The notes below the pieces were generated by a model. The model was not told the origin of the DNA. It ran no database searches and saw only the letters and a list, made by a program, of their open reading frames with translations. The position numbers were made by a program, and so were the translations under genes. A stretch of DNA of 64,000 bases from an uncultured delta proteobacterium (lineage in GTDB: Bacteria; Desulfobacterota; Binatia; Binatales; Binataceae), in assembly GCA_963842085.1 (NCBI GenBank), contig CAWJET010000001.1, positions 352,001-416,000 on the forward strand, given 5' to 3'. This document shows, one piece after another, positions 39,979-50,492 of this stretch (position 1 is the first letter of the stretch; each line of letters opens with the position of its first letter).

Positions 39979-40071
39979 ATGACCTCCCTTTCAATGTGGA
40001 TCTCGTATGTACTACTCCGCGTGTGCCTTCCCGAGCAAACGTTCCGAAGCACGATCAAACCCCCCGCAGTG

Positions 40072-40827
40072 TCAGTGACTGGGTATCGTTATGTCAAGAA
40101 GTTTTTCGTGGTTCCAAGACTCATCCACCAAAAAAGGAATCTTCATCAGCGCGCCCCAAATCTCACTGATGTATTTCCGTCCGTTGCTGCGCTCGACGTG
40201 GTGCCGATGCGAATGCCACGCAAGTGCGTCTGCGGCCTGTAGGGGAGAAAATTCTTCATCGTTCCGAGGGATGGGATCTTTTGCGATCATTCGCAAGAGT
40301 TCCGGATGACTCGCTCGCAAGTGGTCGTAAAACAGCTTATAACCGCGTTCCATCTTCTTTCGCTCTGTGAGGTTCTCGTCGTAAATGATTTCAAACTTAA
40401 CTGTGGCGTCTTCGCCCGCGCCCGATACGAGATGAATCAATAGTGCCGTGAACGCAAAGAAGTATGGGTTATCGGCCACTAGCCGTGGCGGTGGTATTGG
40501 AAGCAATTTGTCTGCGGCAACAACTCTCAACATTTTCTGATAGTCGTCGCCCGCGATCTTAAATCTCACGCCTCGCAATGAGGAGTCGCCAATTGCGTTG
40601 ATCATCCGTAGAACACGCGGGTCGGTCTTTTGTCGCGAGCGCACGCGATTCTTGAGTTCGTGGACGGTCATCGCCGGTTTCTCGCGCAGGATCGAGTCCC
40701 AACGGTGAGTGAAATCTTCCATGTACTTGACGGGGGCGGCATAGCCCGCGAAGAGAAAGGCCTCGTGCGGGCCGGTCTGACCATAGCCGCTTTCGTCCAA
40801 GTTGACCTGAATTACTCTCACCGCCAC
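40072..40827 (-). CDS. IS passenger: DUF3800-like protein
   Basis: N-terminal VNLDESG...FLFAGY and C-terminal LQAADALAW; start estimated at a GTG. Confidence 0.7.
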   Translation of the reverse strand: MAVRVIQVNLDESGYGQTGPHEAFLFAGYAAPVKYMEDFTHRWDSILREKPAMTVHELKNRVRSRQKTDPRVLRMINAIGDSSLRGVRFKIAGDDYQKMLRVVAADKLLPIPPPRLVADNPYFFAFTALLIHLVSGAGEDATVKFEIIYDENLTERKKMERGYKLFYDHLRASHPELLRMIAKDPIPRNDEEFSPLQAADALAWHSHRHHVERSNGRKYISEIWGALMKIPFLVDESWNHEKLLDITIPSH

Positions 40828-41044
40828 AAACCACCTGCCACGGCGCAAGCGATTTGGAAGCCCAGACACCAATCGCCGAATATGTACGCACGGCGCATAT
40901 TCGCTATGAGATAGGTGCTGGTCGGTCCCCTCTCTTTCCGCCTTCGATAAGGACGCCTTATCATCGCCGCACTGGCTGTGATCCTGACCATGCGATAGAT
41001 TCTGCCGTGATTCTGGCTTGACTGTCAACATCCGACTAATCCCC

Positions 41045-41139
41045 TCCCCGGAAGGGGTCAGGGGTTAGGGTCATGCCTACCCAGCGCCGCTCGAATGGTG
41101 CCGTCCTATCCCCCTAACCCCCTTTCCGGGGCGGAAAGG
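41045..41139. repeat. remainder of the split REP and an inverted REP copy
   Basis: TCCCCGGAAGGGGTCAGGGGTTAGG then CCTATCCCCCTAACCCCCTTTCC...GGAAAGG. Confidence 0.75.
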
Positions 41140-41407
41140 TGGAATCAGACAAACGCCCCTCTGGAGCAGCAATAGGCGCAGTTTCGTTTATCGATAGTCT
41201 CGACGTCGGAGGAGGGTCAGGGACAAGTGTGCGGCGCAATTGTGTGGCCCGCCGCAAACTCCGACGCGTGCGCTTCTCTGCGCGCGCGATTCAGGAGGCG
41301 TCAGACGCGGTGGCACGTAAAAGCTGTCGCTGCGATGGTCTTTGTGCCGGGATACGAATAGAGTCTTCGTCCATCTGTGCGCCTCTAAGTTAGTTCGTGG
41401 GTGTTTT

Positions 41408-41915
41408 TCAATTGCAAGATCCGACACCGGACGACGTGTCACTACCTAAACTATAGCCTTCAATGAATGTGGCGTTCTTGGCGGCGAACCGCGAGGGCAT
41501 CAGCGGGTCCGTAAACACGGAGTAGCACCACGGAAAGCCCGCCGATCTTTCCATCACTGTGACATGGAAGGCATTATTGAATTGCCCGACGTTCCCACGG
41601 AACTTTATTTCGGGATAGGTTCTCCACGGTTCGGGACCGTTCGCACGCACGATCACGAACCCTTGTTCGATTAGCCACTGCCGCAAGTCTTCAAACTCGC
41701 CCGCTTTCACCCAGCCGGGCAACAAAAAAAAACTGATGCAGCACGACGTTTGGTGGTGCGGGCTTGAACTTCGCAGGGTCAGCACTCTCGTTCATTACGT
41801 TCGCAACCGGAAGGAGCGCTGGCCGGATCGACAGTGTGGGTTGCGCTTGCGTCAGTGATGGCAATATCAGGCACCAGCAGATCAAGGCGAGTGCAGCGGC
41901 ACTACGTGGGTGCAC
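41408..41915 (-). pseudogene. secreted protein resembling the S53 peptidase pro-domain, frameshifted at a T9 tract
   Basis: Signal-peptide ORF 41691-41915 and ORF 41408-41785 join if T9 (41724-41732) were T8; WLIEQGF...IKFRGNVGQFNNAF. Confidence 0.55.
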
Positions 41916-41979
41916 GACGGAGAGTTACCAGACGGGCACGGTCCCGACAATCGCCGCTCGACGCGCAAGGCGACGTTCC

Positions 41980-42477
41980 CTACTGAGGCGGCCTGTGCAC
42001 ACGGTAGAGATTTGAACTTGCTCCGCGACGGCTGGCGCGCTGTTTGTGCGATATTAGCCCGACCCCTTCCAACTCCTTGATCGCCTTGCCAACCGTTGAT
42101 GTCGAGAGTCGCGTTCTCCGCGCAATCGTCTTGTAGAACGGCCAGCAATAGCCGCCATCGTCCGCGATATGGAACAAGTACCAGTAGATTTTCCGCGCGC
42201 TGGCAGATAGCTCGTAGCCTCTGAGCGAGGGCCGTTTTCCGTGATTGCCAAATGTCGCGATTTCTCGGCTGTCGCGGCTCGCGCGGAGTCTGCCGCGCGC
42301 GGTCTTGTATCCTCGCCAGACCGGCGGACGATACGGACGCAACGCTCGGATCGCCGCACCCACTCCGCGCAGAACCCGGCTGAGCCAGCTTGTGCGGACG
42401 ATCTTGGCACCGCACCGAGAGCAGAACTGCGCTTCGTCATTCGGTGGCTCGAAGCCGCAGCGTCGGCAGGGAATCAT
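41980..42477 (-). CDS. zinc ribbon plus winged HTH protein (phage replication-initiator-like HTH)
   Basis: CRRC...CSRC; YL...DDGGYCWPFYKTIARRTRLSTSTVGKAIKELEGVGLI. Confidence 0.7.
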   Translation of the reverse strand: MIPCRRCGFEPPNDEAQFCSRCGAKIVRTSWLSRVLRGVGAAIRALRPYRPPVWRGYKTARGRLRASRDSREIATFGNHGKRPSLRGYELSASARKIYWYLFHIADDGGYCWPFYKTIARRTRLSTSTVGKAIKELEGVGLISHKQRASRRGASSNLYRVHRPPQ

Positions 42478-42875
42478 TCAGTCTGGTGAGCTAGCAAACT
42501 GCCGCGCGACCGACAAATGGTGGACAACAGCGATGCCACAACACTGCGGCCGGCGTCATGAAAGCGCACGCGCACAGCCACACGCCGAGCGAACGTTGTA
42601 AACACTGCGTACCCGCCGCAGCGGGAGACGCTGCGCTGCCGTCACAACGGCTGAACTTTTCAGCCTGATCTTTTCTCCCCGGACGTGCTAAATGATCACT
42701 TGTGCACCTCGCTCATCGCACACATTCCGCGCGCACTCACTCGTCTGCAATCGTCAGGCGAACCTCCACGAACGAAATATTAATTTTGACGGAACGAACC
42801 CACCGGCAGTGGTACCCTCGACGAACACCACAACTAATAGCATAAATCCCCACTTTTCACGACCCTGACTTGCAC

Positions 42876-43331
42876 ATGAAATCATCAATTTTGCCCCTGA
42901 TTCTCCTCTCCGCAGCCCTCTTTTCCTGCAAACCCGCTCCATCCTGCCCGCCCGGAACGAAACAGATCGGCGAGGCTCCTCCCAACGGCTCCGAGATCTC
43001 GTGCGTCAAAACCGTCAACGGCCAGGACGTCAAAGAGGGACCGTTCGTAATCTATCGCGACGACGGCTCCAGGATGCTCCAGGGCGAATACCACGACGGC
43101 AAGCAGAGCGGCGAATGGACGATGTGGTACGACAACGGCCAGAAGGCGTCGATCGATCACTACAAGGACGGCGTGGAGAACGGCCAGCACACCGGCTGGT
43201 ACGCCAACGGCAAAATTTCCGCGATCGGCATGTACAAGGACGGCAAGCGCGAGGGCGTGTGGAAGCGATGGGACCCCAACGGTTTCAAGAATTGGGAGGA
43301 AACCTACAAGGACGACAAGAAAATCTCATGA
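42876..43331 (+). CDS. MORN-variant repeat lipoprotein (YwqK-like)
   Basis: Lipobox-like LFSC; repeats YxDGKxxGxWxxWYxNG. Confidence 0.85.
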   Translation: MKSSILPLILLSAALFSCKPAPSCPPGTKQIGEAPPNGSEISCVKTVNGQDVKEGPFVIYRDDGSRMLQGEYHDGKQSGEWTMWYDNGQKASIDHYKDGVENGQHTGWYANGKISAIGMYKDGKREGVWKRWDPNGFKNWEETYKDDKKIS

Positions 43332-43828
43332 CGGCCGCACGACTGACAAATGTGACCATCGTCGACGCGGACCTGTCGCGCGCCGAGCATCAACGCGCGC
43401 TGGTCACGATGCTCGACGCATACATGCGCGATCCGATGGAGGGCGGCGCGGCACCGTCGGAGCAGGTCAAGCGCGACCTCGTGCCGGGTCTGCGCGCGCA
43501 TCCGGCGTGCTGCGTGTTTCTGGCGTATCGCGACGTCGCGCCCGTCGGCTTTTCGATCTGCTTCATAGGCTTCTCGACCTTCATGGCGAAGCCGCTGCTC
43601 AACATCCACGACATCTTCGTCGATTCTTCAGTCCGCGGCATGGGAATCGGCGCGATGCTGCTCGAGCGAATCGAGGCGAAAGCGCGCGAGCTGAATTGTT
43701 GCCGTATCACGCTCGAAGTGCGCGAGGACAATCGCGTCGCCCGCGGACTCTACCGCAAAGTCGGTTTCGATCGCGTCGTCGTCGGCCCCGATCGCGTCCC
43801 GATGGAGTTCTGGCGCAAGCCGCTGTGA
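43328..43828 (+). CDS. GNAT family N-acetyltransferase
   Basis: NIHDIFV...RGMGIG, TLEVREDN...LYRKVGF. Confidence 0.9.
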   Translation: MTAARLTNVTIVDADLSRAEHQRALVTMLDAYMRDPMEGGAAPSEQVKRDLVPGLRAHPACCVFLAYRDVAPVGFSICFIGFSTFMAKPLLNIHDIFVDSSVRGMGIGAMLLERIEAKARELNCCRITLEVREDNRVARGLYRKVGFDRVVVGPDRVPMEFWRKPL

Positions 43829-43830
43829 GG

Positions 43831-44850
43831 CTACAGCGTTCTTCCGACCGACTCCGCCAGCGGCTTGAGCGCCTTCATCAAGTCGGCGAAGCGCGACGGT
43901 TTCAACTGCTGCGGGCCGTCGGACAGCGCGGTCTCGGGCTTCGGATGCACTTCGATCAGCAATCCGTCGGCGCCCGCTGCGATAGCCGCCAGCGCCATCG
44001 GCGCCACCATCGAGTAGATTCCCGTGCCGTGGCTCGGGTCGACAATCACCGGCAGATGGGTCCATTCCTTGAGCAGCGGCACGGCGTTCAGATCGAGCGT
44101 GTTGCGCGTGGCGGTCTCGAACGTGCGAATCCCGCGCTCGCACAGCACGACGTTGGGATTGCCCTCGGACAGAATATATTCCGCCGCCATCATGAACTCT
44201 TCGAGCTTCATCGACATGCCGCGCTTGAGCAGCACCGGCTTGCTGATTCGTCCGAGCCGGCGCAGCAACGAAAAGTTCTGCGCGTTGCGCGCGCCCACTT
44301 GCAGCATGTCGGCATGCTCGACGACCAGATCGATATCGTGCGGGTCCATGATTTCCGTCACCACCGGCAAACCCACGCGACGCCCGGCGCGCTCGAGCAG
44401 TACCAGCCCCTCGTCTTCCAGCCCCTGGAACGAGTACGGCGAGGTGCGCGGCTTGAACGCTCCGCCGCGCAGCGCATGCGCGCCCGCCGCTTTGACCGCG
44501 TCGGCGGCGGCCTCGATCTGCGCCTCGCTCTCGACCGCGCACGGTCCCGCGATCACCGCAATTCGCTTGCCGCCGATTTCGGCGCTGCCGACCTTGATCC
44601 GCGAGCCTTCGGGCCGCACCTCGCGCGACGCCAGCTTGAACGACCGCACCACCGGCATCACGCGCTCGACCCCGGCCACCGATTCCAGATGCGTCAGTTG
44701 ATGCTTCTCGCCGCGCTCATCGCCCACGCATGCGACGACGGTGCGCTCGACGCCGCGGATAATGTGCGCGTCGTAGTCGAGTTCCTCGACCATCTTTGCA
44801 ACCGCCTGGATTTCGGCCTCGGTGGCGTGCGCTTTCATTACGACAATCAA
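43831..44850 (-). CDS. aroF: DAHP synthase type I-beta with ACT domain
   Basis: IAGPCAVES, KPRTSPYSFQG, QVGARN, LCERGIRTFE, DPSH. Confidence 0.95.
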   Translation of the reverse strand: MIVVMKAHATEAEIQAVAKMVEELDYDAHIIRGVERTVVACVGDERGEKHQLTHLESVAGVERVMPVVRSFKLASREVRPEGSRIKVGSAEIGGKRIAVIAGPCAVESEAQIEAAADAVKAAGAHALRGGAFKPRTSPYSFQGLEDEGLVLLERAGRRVGLPVVTEIMDPHDIDLVVEHADMLQVGARNAQNFSLLRRLGRISKPVLLKRGMSMKLEEFMMAAEYILSEGNPNVVLCERGIRTFETATRNTLDLNAVPLLKEWTHLPVIVDPSHGTGIYSMVAPMALAAIAAGADGLLIEVHPKPETALSDGPQQLKPSRFADLMKALKPLAESVGRTL

Positions 44851-44978
44851 GTGAAAGACTCCTTGCGCGCGAGCGATGGTATGAGCGCTCTAACTCTAGT
44901 AAATCTGACTCTACAGCATGTTCTCATCGACCGGAACTGAGCGCCCACAACCCGATTGACGCAGCGAAGGACGCGATT

Positions 44979-45734
44979 TTGCCAGCCAAGCCGCCGCATC
45001 GCCCACTCAGCATCGTTCACACTTCCGACGTTCATCTCGAGACCGACACGTTCGGGTCAGGCGAGCGCGGCGTCCAGTTGCGCGACAAAGTGCGCACCGC
45101 ATTCGGCCGCGTCATCGACATCGCCAACGAGCGCAGCGCCGACATGCTGCTGATTGTCGGCGACCTGTTCGATTCGGCGCGCGTCAGCGAAGAAGGCCTC
45201 GCTTTTGCGCTGGGCACGATCGCGCGGGCAAAGATGCCGGTCGTGATGATTCCCGGCAACCATGACGCGCACGACGAGCGCTCGATCTACGCCGGCCTCA
45301 CGCCCGGCACGCTCCCCGAAAATCTACACCTGATCCTGGAGCCCGAGGGCAGGACCATCGACTTTCCCCATTTGGCGACGCGCGTATGGGGCCGCGCCCT
45401 GGTCGAGCATACACCAGACTACCGGCCGTTGAGCGGCGTGCCCGAGCGCGAGGAAGGGCTCTGGAACATCGCGCTGGCGCACGGATTCTTCATGGAGGAA
45501 GGCGAGATCGAGCGCTCGTCGCCGATCACGCCCGCGGAAATCGAGCGCTCGCGCTACGACTACGTCGCGCTCGGCCACGTGCACGTGCTGAGCGACGTGT
45601 CGCAGGGCGCGACGCGCGCCTTCTATTGCGGCACGCCGGCGCCGCTCTATTCGAGCGAGAATTCCGGATGGGTGCTTTGGGTCAATTGCATACCCGGCCA
45701 GCCCCTCTTCATCGAACGCCTGATGGTCGGTTAG
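44979..45734 (+). CDS. metallophosphoesterase (SbcD/Mre11-like nuclease domain)
   Basis: SDVHL, GDLFD, PGNHD, ALGHVH; start estimated. Confidence 0.85.
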   Translation: MPAKPPHRPLSIVHTSDVHLETDTFGSGERGVQLRDKVRTAFGRVIDIANERSADMLLIVGDLFDSARVSEEGLAFALGTIARAKMPVVMIPGNHDAHDERSIYAGLTPGTLPENLHLILEPEGRTIDFPHLATRVWGRALVEHTPDYRPLSGVPEREEGLWNIALAHGFFMEEGEIERSSPITPAEIERSRYDYVALGHVHVLSDVSQGATRAFYCGTPAPLYSSENSGWVLWVNCIPGQPLFIERLMVG

Positions 45735-45738
45735 CGAC

Positions 45739-46161
45739 TCACCGCCCGGATGCCGCCTCGTCCCTGCGTCTGAGCTCGGGATAGATGTTCGACAGCCCGC
45801 GCCACATCCGCTCCAGCCCGAAACTGTCGAACGGCTCGACGATACATTCGAGCGCGCCCTCGCGCAGGTAGATGCGCTGGTCTTCAGGCGACCGCGACGC
45901 GCTGACGATTACTATCGACGTCTCCGGCGACTCGCGGCGAATCATCCTGAACAACGACAAGGCGTCAAGCCCGAGCCCGTTCGAACTACGCAACCCGACG
46001 TCGAGCGTAACGACATCAGGACGCGTCGTGCGAAAGAGGTCAATTGTCTGCGCGACCGTCTCGGTTTCCGCCACTACCTGACATCCGCCGCATTCAAGAT
46101 GATTGCGCATGATGTCGCGCGTAATCCCCGAGCTGTCCGCAATGAGCACTCGCACTGCCAT
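45739..46161 (-). CDS. single-domain response regulator (CheY-like)
   Basis: VRVLIADS, PDVVTLDV; AAAGGAG RBS. Confidence 0.85.
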   Translation of the reverse strand: MAVRVLIADSSGITRDIMRNHLECGGCQVVAETETVAQTIDLFRTTRPDVVTLDVGLRSSNGLGLDALSLFRMIRRESPETSIVIVSASRSPEDQRIYLREGALECIVEPFDSFGLERMWRGLSNIYPELRRRDEAASGR

Positions 46162-46237
46162 AGCAGCTCCTTTCGGTACGAGCACTGCGCCAGCCCAGTC
46201 CCCAAGGCGTTCACAGCGGCTACCCGTTTAACTATTT

Positions 46238-46254
46238 AGCAAGGGCGGGGCCAA
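46238..46254 (-). promoter_or_regulatory. putative sigma54 promoter of the response regulator
   Basis: TTGGCCCCGCCCTTGCT with correct -24/-12 spacing. Confidence 0.55.
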
Positions 46255-46480
46255 GAAGTGTGCTCTTCGAACGCGACTGTCCCATTTGTACACAGACTAG
46301 CCAAGTGCGATTCGCGGCCACTTAATTAGCTATTTCCGCGCCATCCACTCCGTCGCAGCAGGAGTGGAAGCTCGATCGTCGTTGCACCTGAGCGATTTGT
46401 TGCATCTCGGTGACATCATTCAAGCGCAACCGACGCCGTTCGCGCGGCCGCTTGCGGAGCGTCTTGGAGGTTCGCCCACG

Positions 46481-46518
46481 GACAAAATAACAACGGCGGA
46501 GCCTTGATGGCTCCGCCG
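46481..46518 (-). terminator. groEL terminator
   Basis: CGGCGGAGCC-N5-GGCTCCGCCG followed by TTGTTATTTT. Confidence 0.7.
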
Positions 46519-46547
46519 CTGCGTCAGTCCCAGATTTGTTCTCCGAG

Positions 46548-48215
<1,668 letters not shown>

Positions 48216-48259
48216 TCATCTGATCAGATTGGGACTCGTTCGCAAGCAGGCCGAAAGGG

Positions 48260-48547
48260 CTACTCGATGATTCCCAGGATGTCGTCCTCGCGCAGGATCA
48301 GCAGGTCTTCGCCCTCGTGCTTGAACTCGCTGCCCGAGTATTTGCCGAACAGGATCTTGTCGCCCGCCCTGACTTCGATGGGGATAAGCTTGCCGTCGTC
48401 GCCGTATTTGCCCTTGCCGACGGCGACCACCTTGCCCTCCTGGGGCTTTTCCTTGGCGGTGTCGGGGATGATTATCCCACCCTTAGTCCGCTCCTCTTCC
48501 TTGATCCGCTTGACGAGAATTCTATCTCCCAGTGGCTTTATTTTCAT
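48260..48547 (-). CDS. groES: co-chaperonin GroES
   Basis: [13 protein letters not shown]...[16 protein letters not shown]. Confidence 0.98.
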   Translation of the reverse strand: MKIKPLGDRILVKRIKEEERTKGGIIIPDTAKEKPQEGKVVAVGKGKYGDDGKLIPIEVRAGDKILFGKYSGSEFKHEGEDLLILREDDILGIIE

Positions 48548-48639
48548 TGGGACCAGCAGCCTCCTTGCTTGCTGAAAAGTGTTGCCTGGCTGGACGATTC
48601 CAGCCGTCGGAAAGTTAATTACTGTCCGGGTTTTGTCAA

Positions 48640-48666
48640 TTGGCACTCGTAACGTCTGAGTGCTAA
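48640..48666 (-). promoter_or_regulatory. CIRCE element (HrcA operator)
   Basis: TTAGCACTC-N9-GAGTGCCAA, 1 mismatch to consensus; TTGCAT-17-GATAAT promoter just upstream. Confidence 0.92.
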
Positions 48667-48824
48667 CGGCATTATCAGCCCGCTGCGGGAGAAATGCAAG
48701 CCCTGTGGATAAAGGTGCGGATTGACGGCGCATGCGTCTCTCCCGCGATTGTGCCCGCTTCCGGCGCGGAAGAGCCCCTTCTGTCTCGTCCTCCTTCCCG
48801 CGCGGAGAGGGCAACCAGAAAAAA

Positions 48825-49982
48825 TCACACCAGCGAGCCGCGCTCGGTCGCCGGGATTCCGTACGGACCGAACACCCGTGCCCGATACTCGTCGTCGCGC
48901 GAGGCCCGTAGCAGCGCGTCGCGATCACGCAGGATTCGCAACTGGGCCCGGACGTAGTCAACCTGCCGGTCAACCTCATGCTTGCGCCCCTCGACGTACG
49001 ACGCGAATGCGTCCGCGGAGAGATCGCCGTCGCGCAAAGCCTGGTCGGCGGCCGCGGCCGCCAGCCTGCCCATCCTCATCGCGAATTCATTGCCCTGCCC
49101 TGTTATCGGCGAGAGATATCCCGCCGCGTCGCCCACCAGCAGCAGACGGTCTCGCGCGACCGCGCTGACGCGATACCCAAGCGGCGCCATCGACCATTGC
49201 CGCCCCACCCGCGGCTCGCGCATGACGCGTTCGTAGAGCCATCGATCGTGCTGTCGCGCGACCGATTCGTAAAATTCGATCGCGCCTAGCCGGTCGCTCT
49301 GTTTCTCAGCAAGATCCGCTTCGAGGATGTATCGATACAACCCCGGCCGAATGCGCGAGCCACTGATCATCGCGCCGCGCACGCCGTAGAGATGGCGGTC
49401 CCACGTATGCAGCGGGGTGCCGTCGAACGACTTGAAAAAGACCGCGACCCCGATTTGCGAGAACTCCGGGTCCTCGGACTTGAGATTCAGCACGCGCAGT
49501 GACGGCGCGTAGCGGCCGCCCGCGTCGATCAGCATGCGTGCCGAATGACGGTTGCGGTCGGCGGTGATTGCGATTGCCGCGTCGGCGCGAAATTCCAGGT
49601 CGGTAACGCGCGCGTTCCAGATCAGGCGCCCGCCCGCCTCGACCAGTGTGCGCCGCAGAGCGGCGTTGAAGCCGCCGCGGTCAACCTGCACGGGACAGAC
49701 GGATGTCGGAATCGGATGGTACGTCCACGAGAGGTCGGGATAGACGTTGCGGAAGCCGGTGACCCGGTCGAGCACCCAGTCGCCTTCGAACTTGACCCCC
49801 AACTGGTCGCATTCATTCTGCGTCGGGACCACGATCACCTCGCCCGACGTGATGTCCTCGCCGTCCTCGCGCTCCTTGCGCTCGAGCGCGATCACGTTGT
49901 AGCCGGCAGCGACCAGCCTGATCGCCGCCGCGCATCCGGCGGGTCCCGCTCCAATCACGATAACGTCGGCGTCCAGGCTCAT
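48825..49982 (-). CDS. FAD-dependent oxidoreductase (geranylgeranyl reductase-like)
   Basis: [26 protein letters not shown]. Confidence 0.85.
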   Translation of the reverse strand: MSLDADVIVIGAGPAGCAAAIRLVAAGYNVIALERKEREDGEDITSGEVIVVPTQNECDQLGVKFEGDWVLDRVTGFRNVYPDLSWTYHPIPTSVCPVQVDRGGFNAALRRTLVEAGGRLIWNARVTDLEFRADAAIAITADRNRHSARMLIDAGGRYAPSLRVLNLKSEDPEFSQIGVAVFFKSFDGTPLHTWDRHLYGVRGAMISGSRIRPGLYRYILEADLAEKQSDRLGAIEFYESVARQHDRWLYERVMREPRVGRQWSMAPLGYRVSAVARDRLLLVGDAAGYLSPITGQGNEFAMRMGRLAAAAADQALRDGDLSADAFASYVEGRKHEVDRQVDYVRAQLRILRDRDALLRASRDDEYRARVFGPYGIPATERGSLV

Positions 49983-49992
49983 TGACCAATTT

Positions 49993-50088
49993 TGTCATTC
50001 TGAACGGAGTCTGCGTAGTGAAGAATCCCTGATTACGGCGCTTGCCTCCGTATCGCTGCCGGGATTCTTCGCGTCGCTCAGAATGACA
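49993..50088. repeat. GTCATTCTGA-type REP/MITE-like inverted repeat
   Basis: TGTCATTCTGA...GAAGAATCCC-spacer-GGGATTCTTC...TCAGAATGACA. Confidence 0.75.
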
Positions 50089-50090
50089 CG

Positions 50091-50414
50091 CTACAGGGAC
50101 TCGACGGAGTGCCCGAGCTGCTCGGCTATCGTCTCGGCCAGGCGTGGGAACAAGTCGTGGCCGTCCTTGTCGTCGAGCCACAGGCCGCGGGCAACGTCCC
50201 AACTGTAATGGAATCCGTGCGCGCCGGCGGCGAGCCACATCTGCTTCATCTGCGATTGCCGCGACAGGATAAACTTCGCGCCGCCCGCGAATTCAATCGT
50301 CACGACGCCGTCGGCTGTCGTGTAATCCACTTCGTCGGGGTCGAGGTCTTCGAGCCATTTCGCGACCTTGTTCAGGGCGGCGTCGGAGCGTTCGCGGAAT
50401 TCGTTCTCGTCCAT
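50091..50414 (-). CDS. cyaY: iron donor protein CyaY (frataxin)
   Basis: GVVTIEF, ILSRQ...QMWLA...GFHY; acidic N-terminal helix. Confidence 0.9.
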   Translation of the reverse strand: MDENEFRERSDAALNKVAKWLEDLDPDEVDYTTADGVVTIEFAGGAKFILSRQSQMKQMWLAAGAHGFHYSWDVARGLWLDDKDGHDLFPRLAETIAEQLGHSVESL

Positions 50415-50492
50415 GCGCAGATTGTACCAACCGCCAGCGCGACGCGGTACGGCCGAGGCATCGGCCCTGCCCGCTTAAGCGCGTAGCCCGCG

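Larger units (their letters stand above)
38073..41044 (+). mobile_element. IS1595-family element with passenger genes
   Basis: 26-bp TIRs GGGGATTAGTCGG(CA/AT)GTTGACAGTCA with 2 mismatches; flanking direct repeat TCCCCGGAA at 38064-38072 and 41045-41053. Confidence 0.9.

Noticed and set aside
44979-45734. SbcCD/Mre11-Rad50 system
   Set aside because: Only the phosphoesterase domain is present, with no adjacent SMC-like ATPase
48704-48712. Perfect DnaA box (TGTGGATAA) suggesting an origin
   Set aside because: Single copy with no box cluster, AT-rich unwinding element or dnaA; may be chance or minor regulation of groESL
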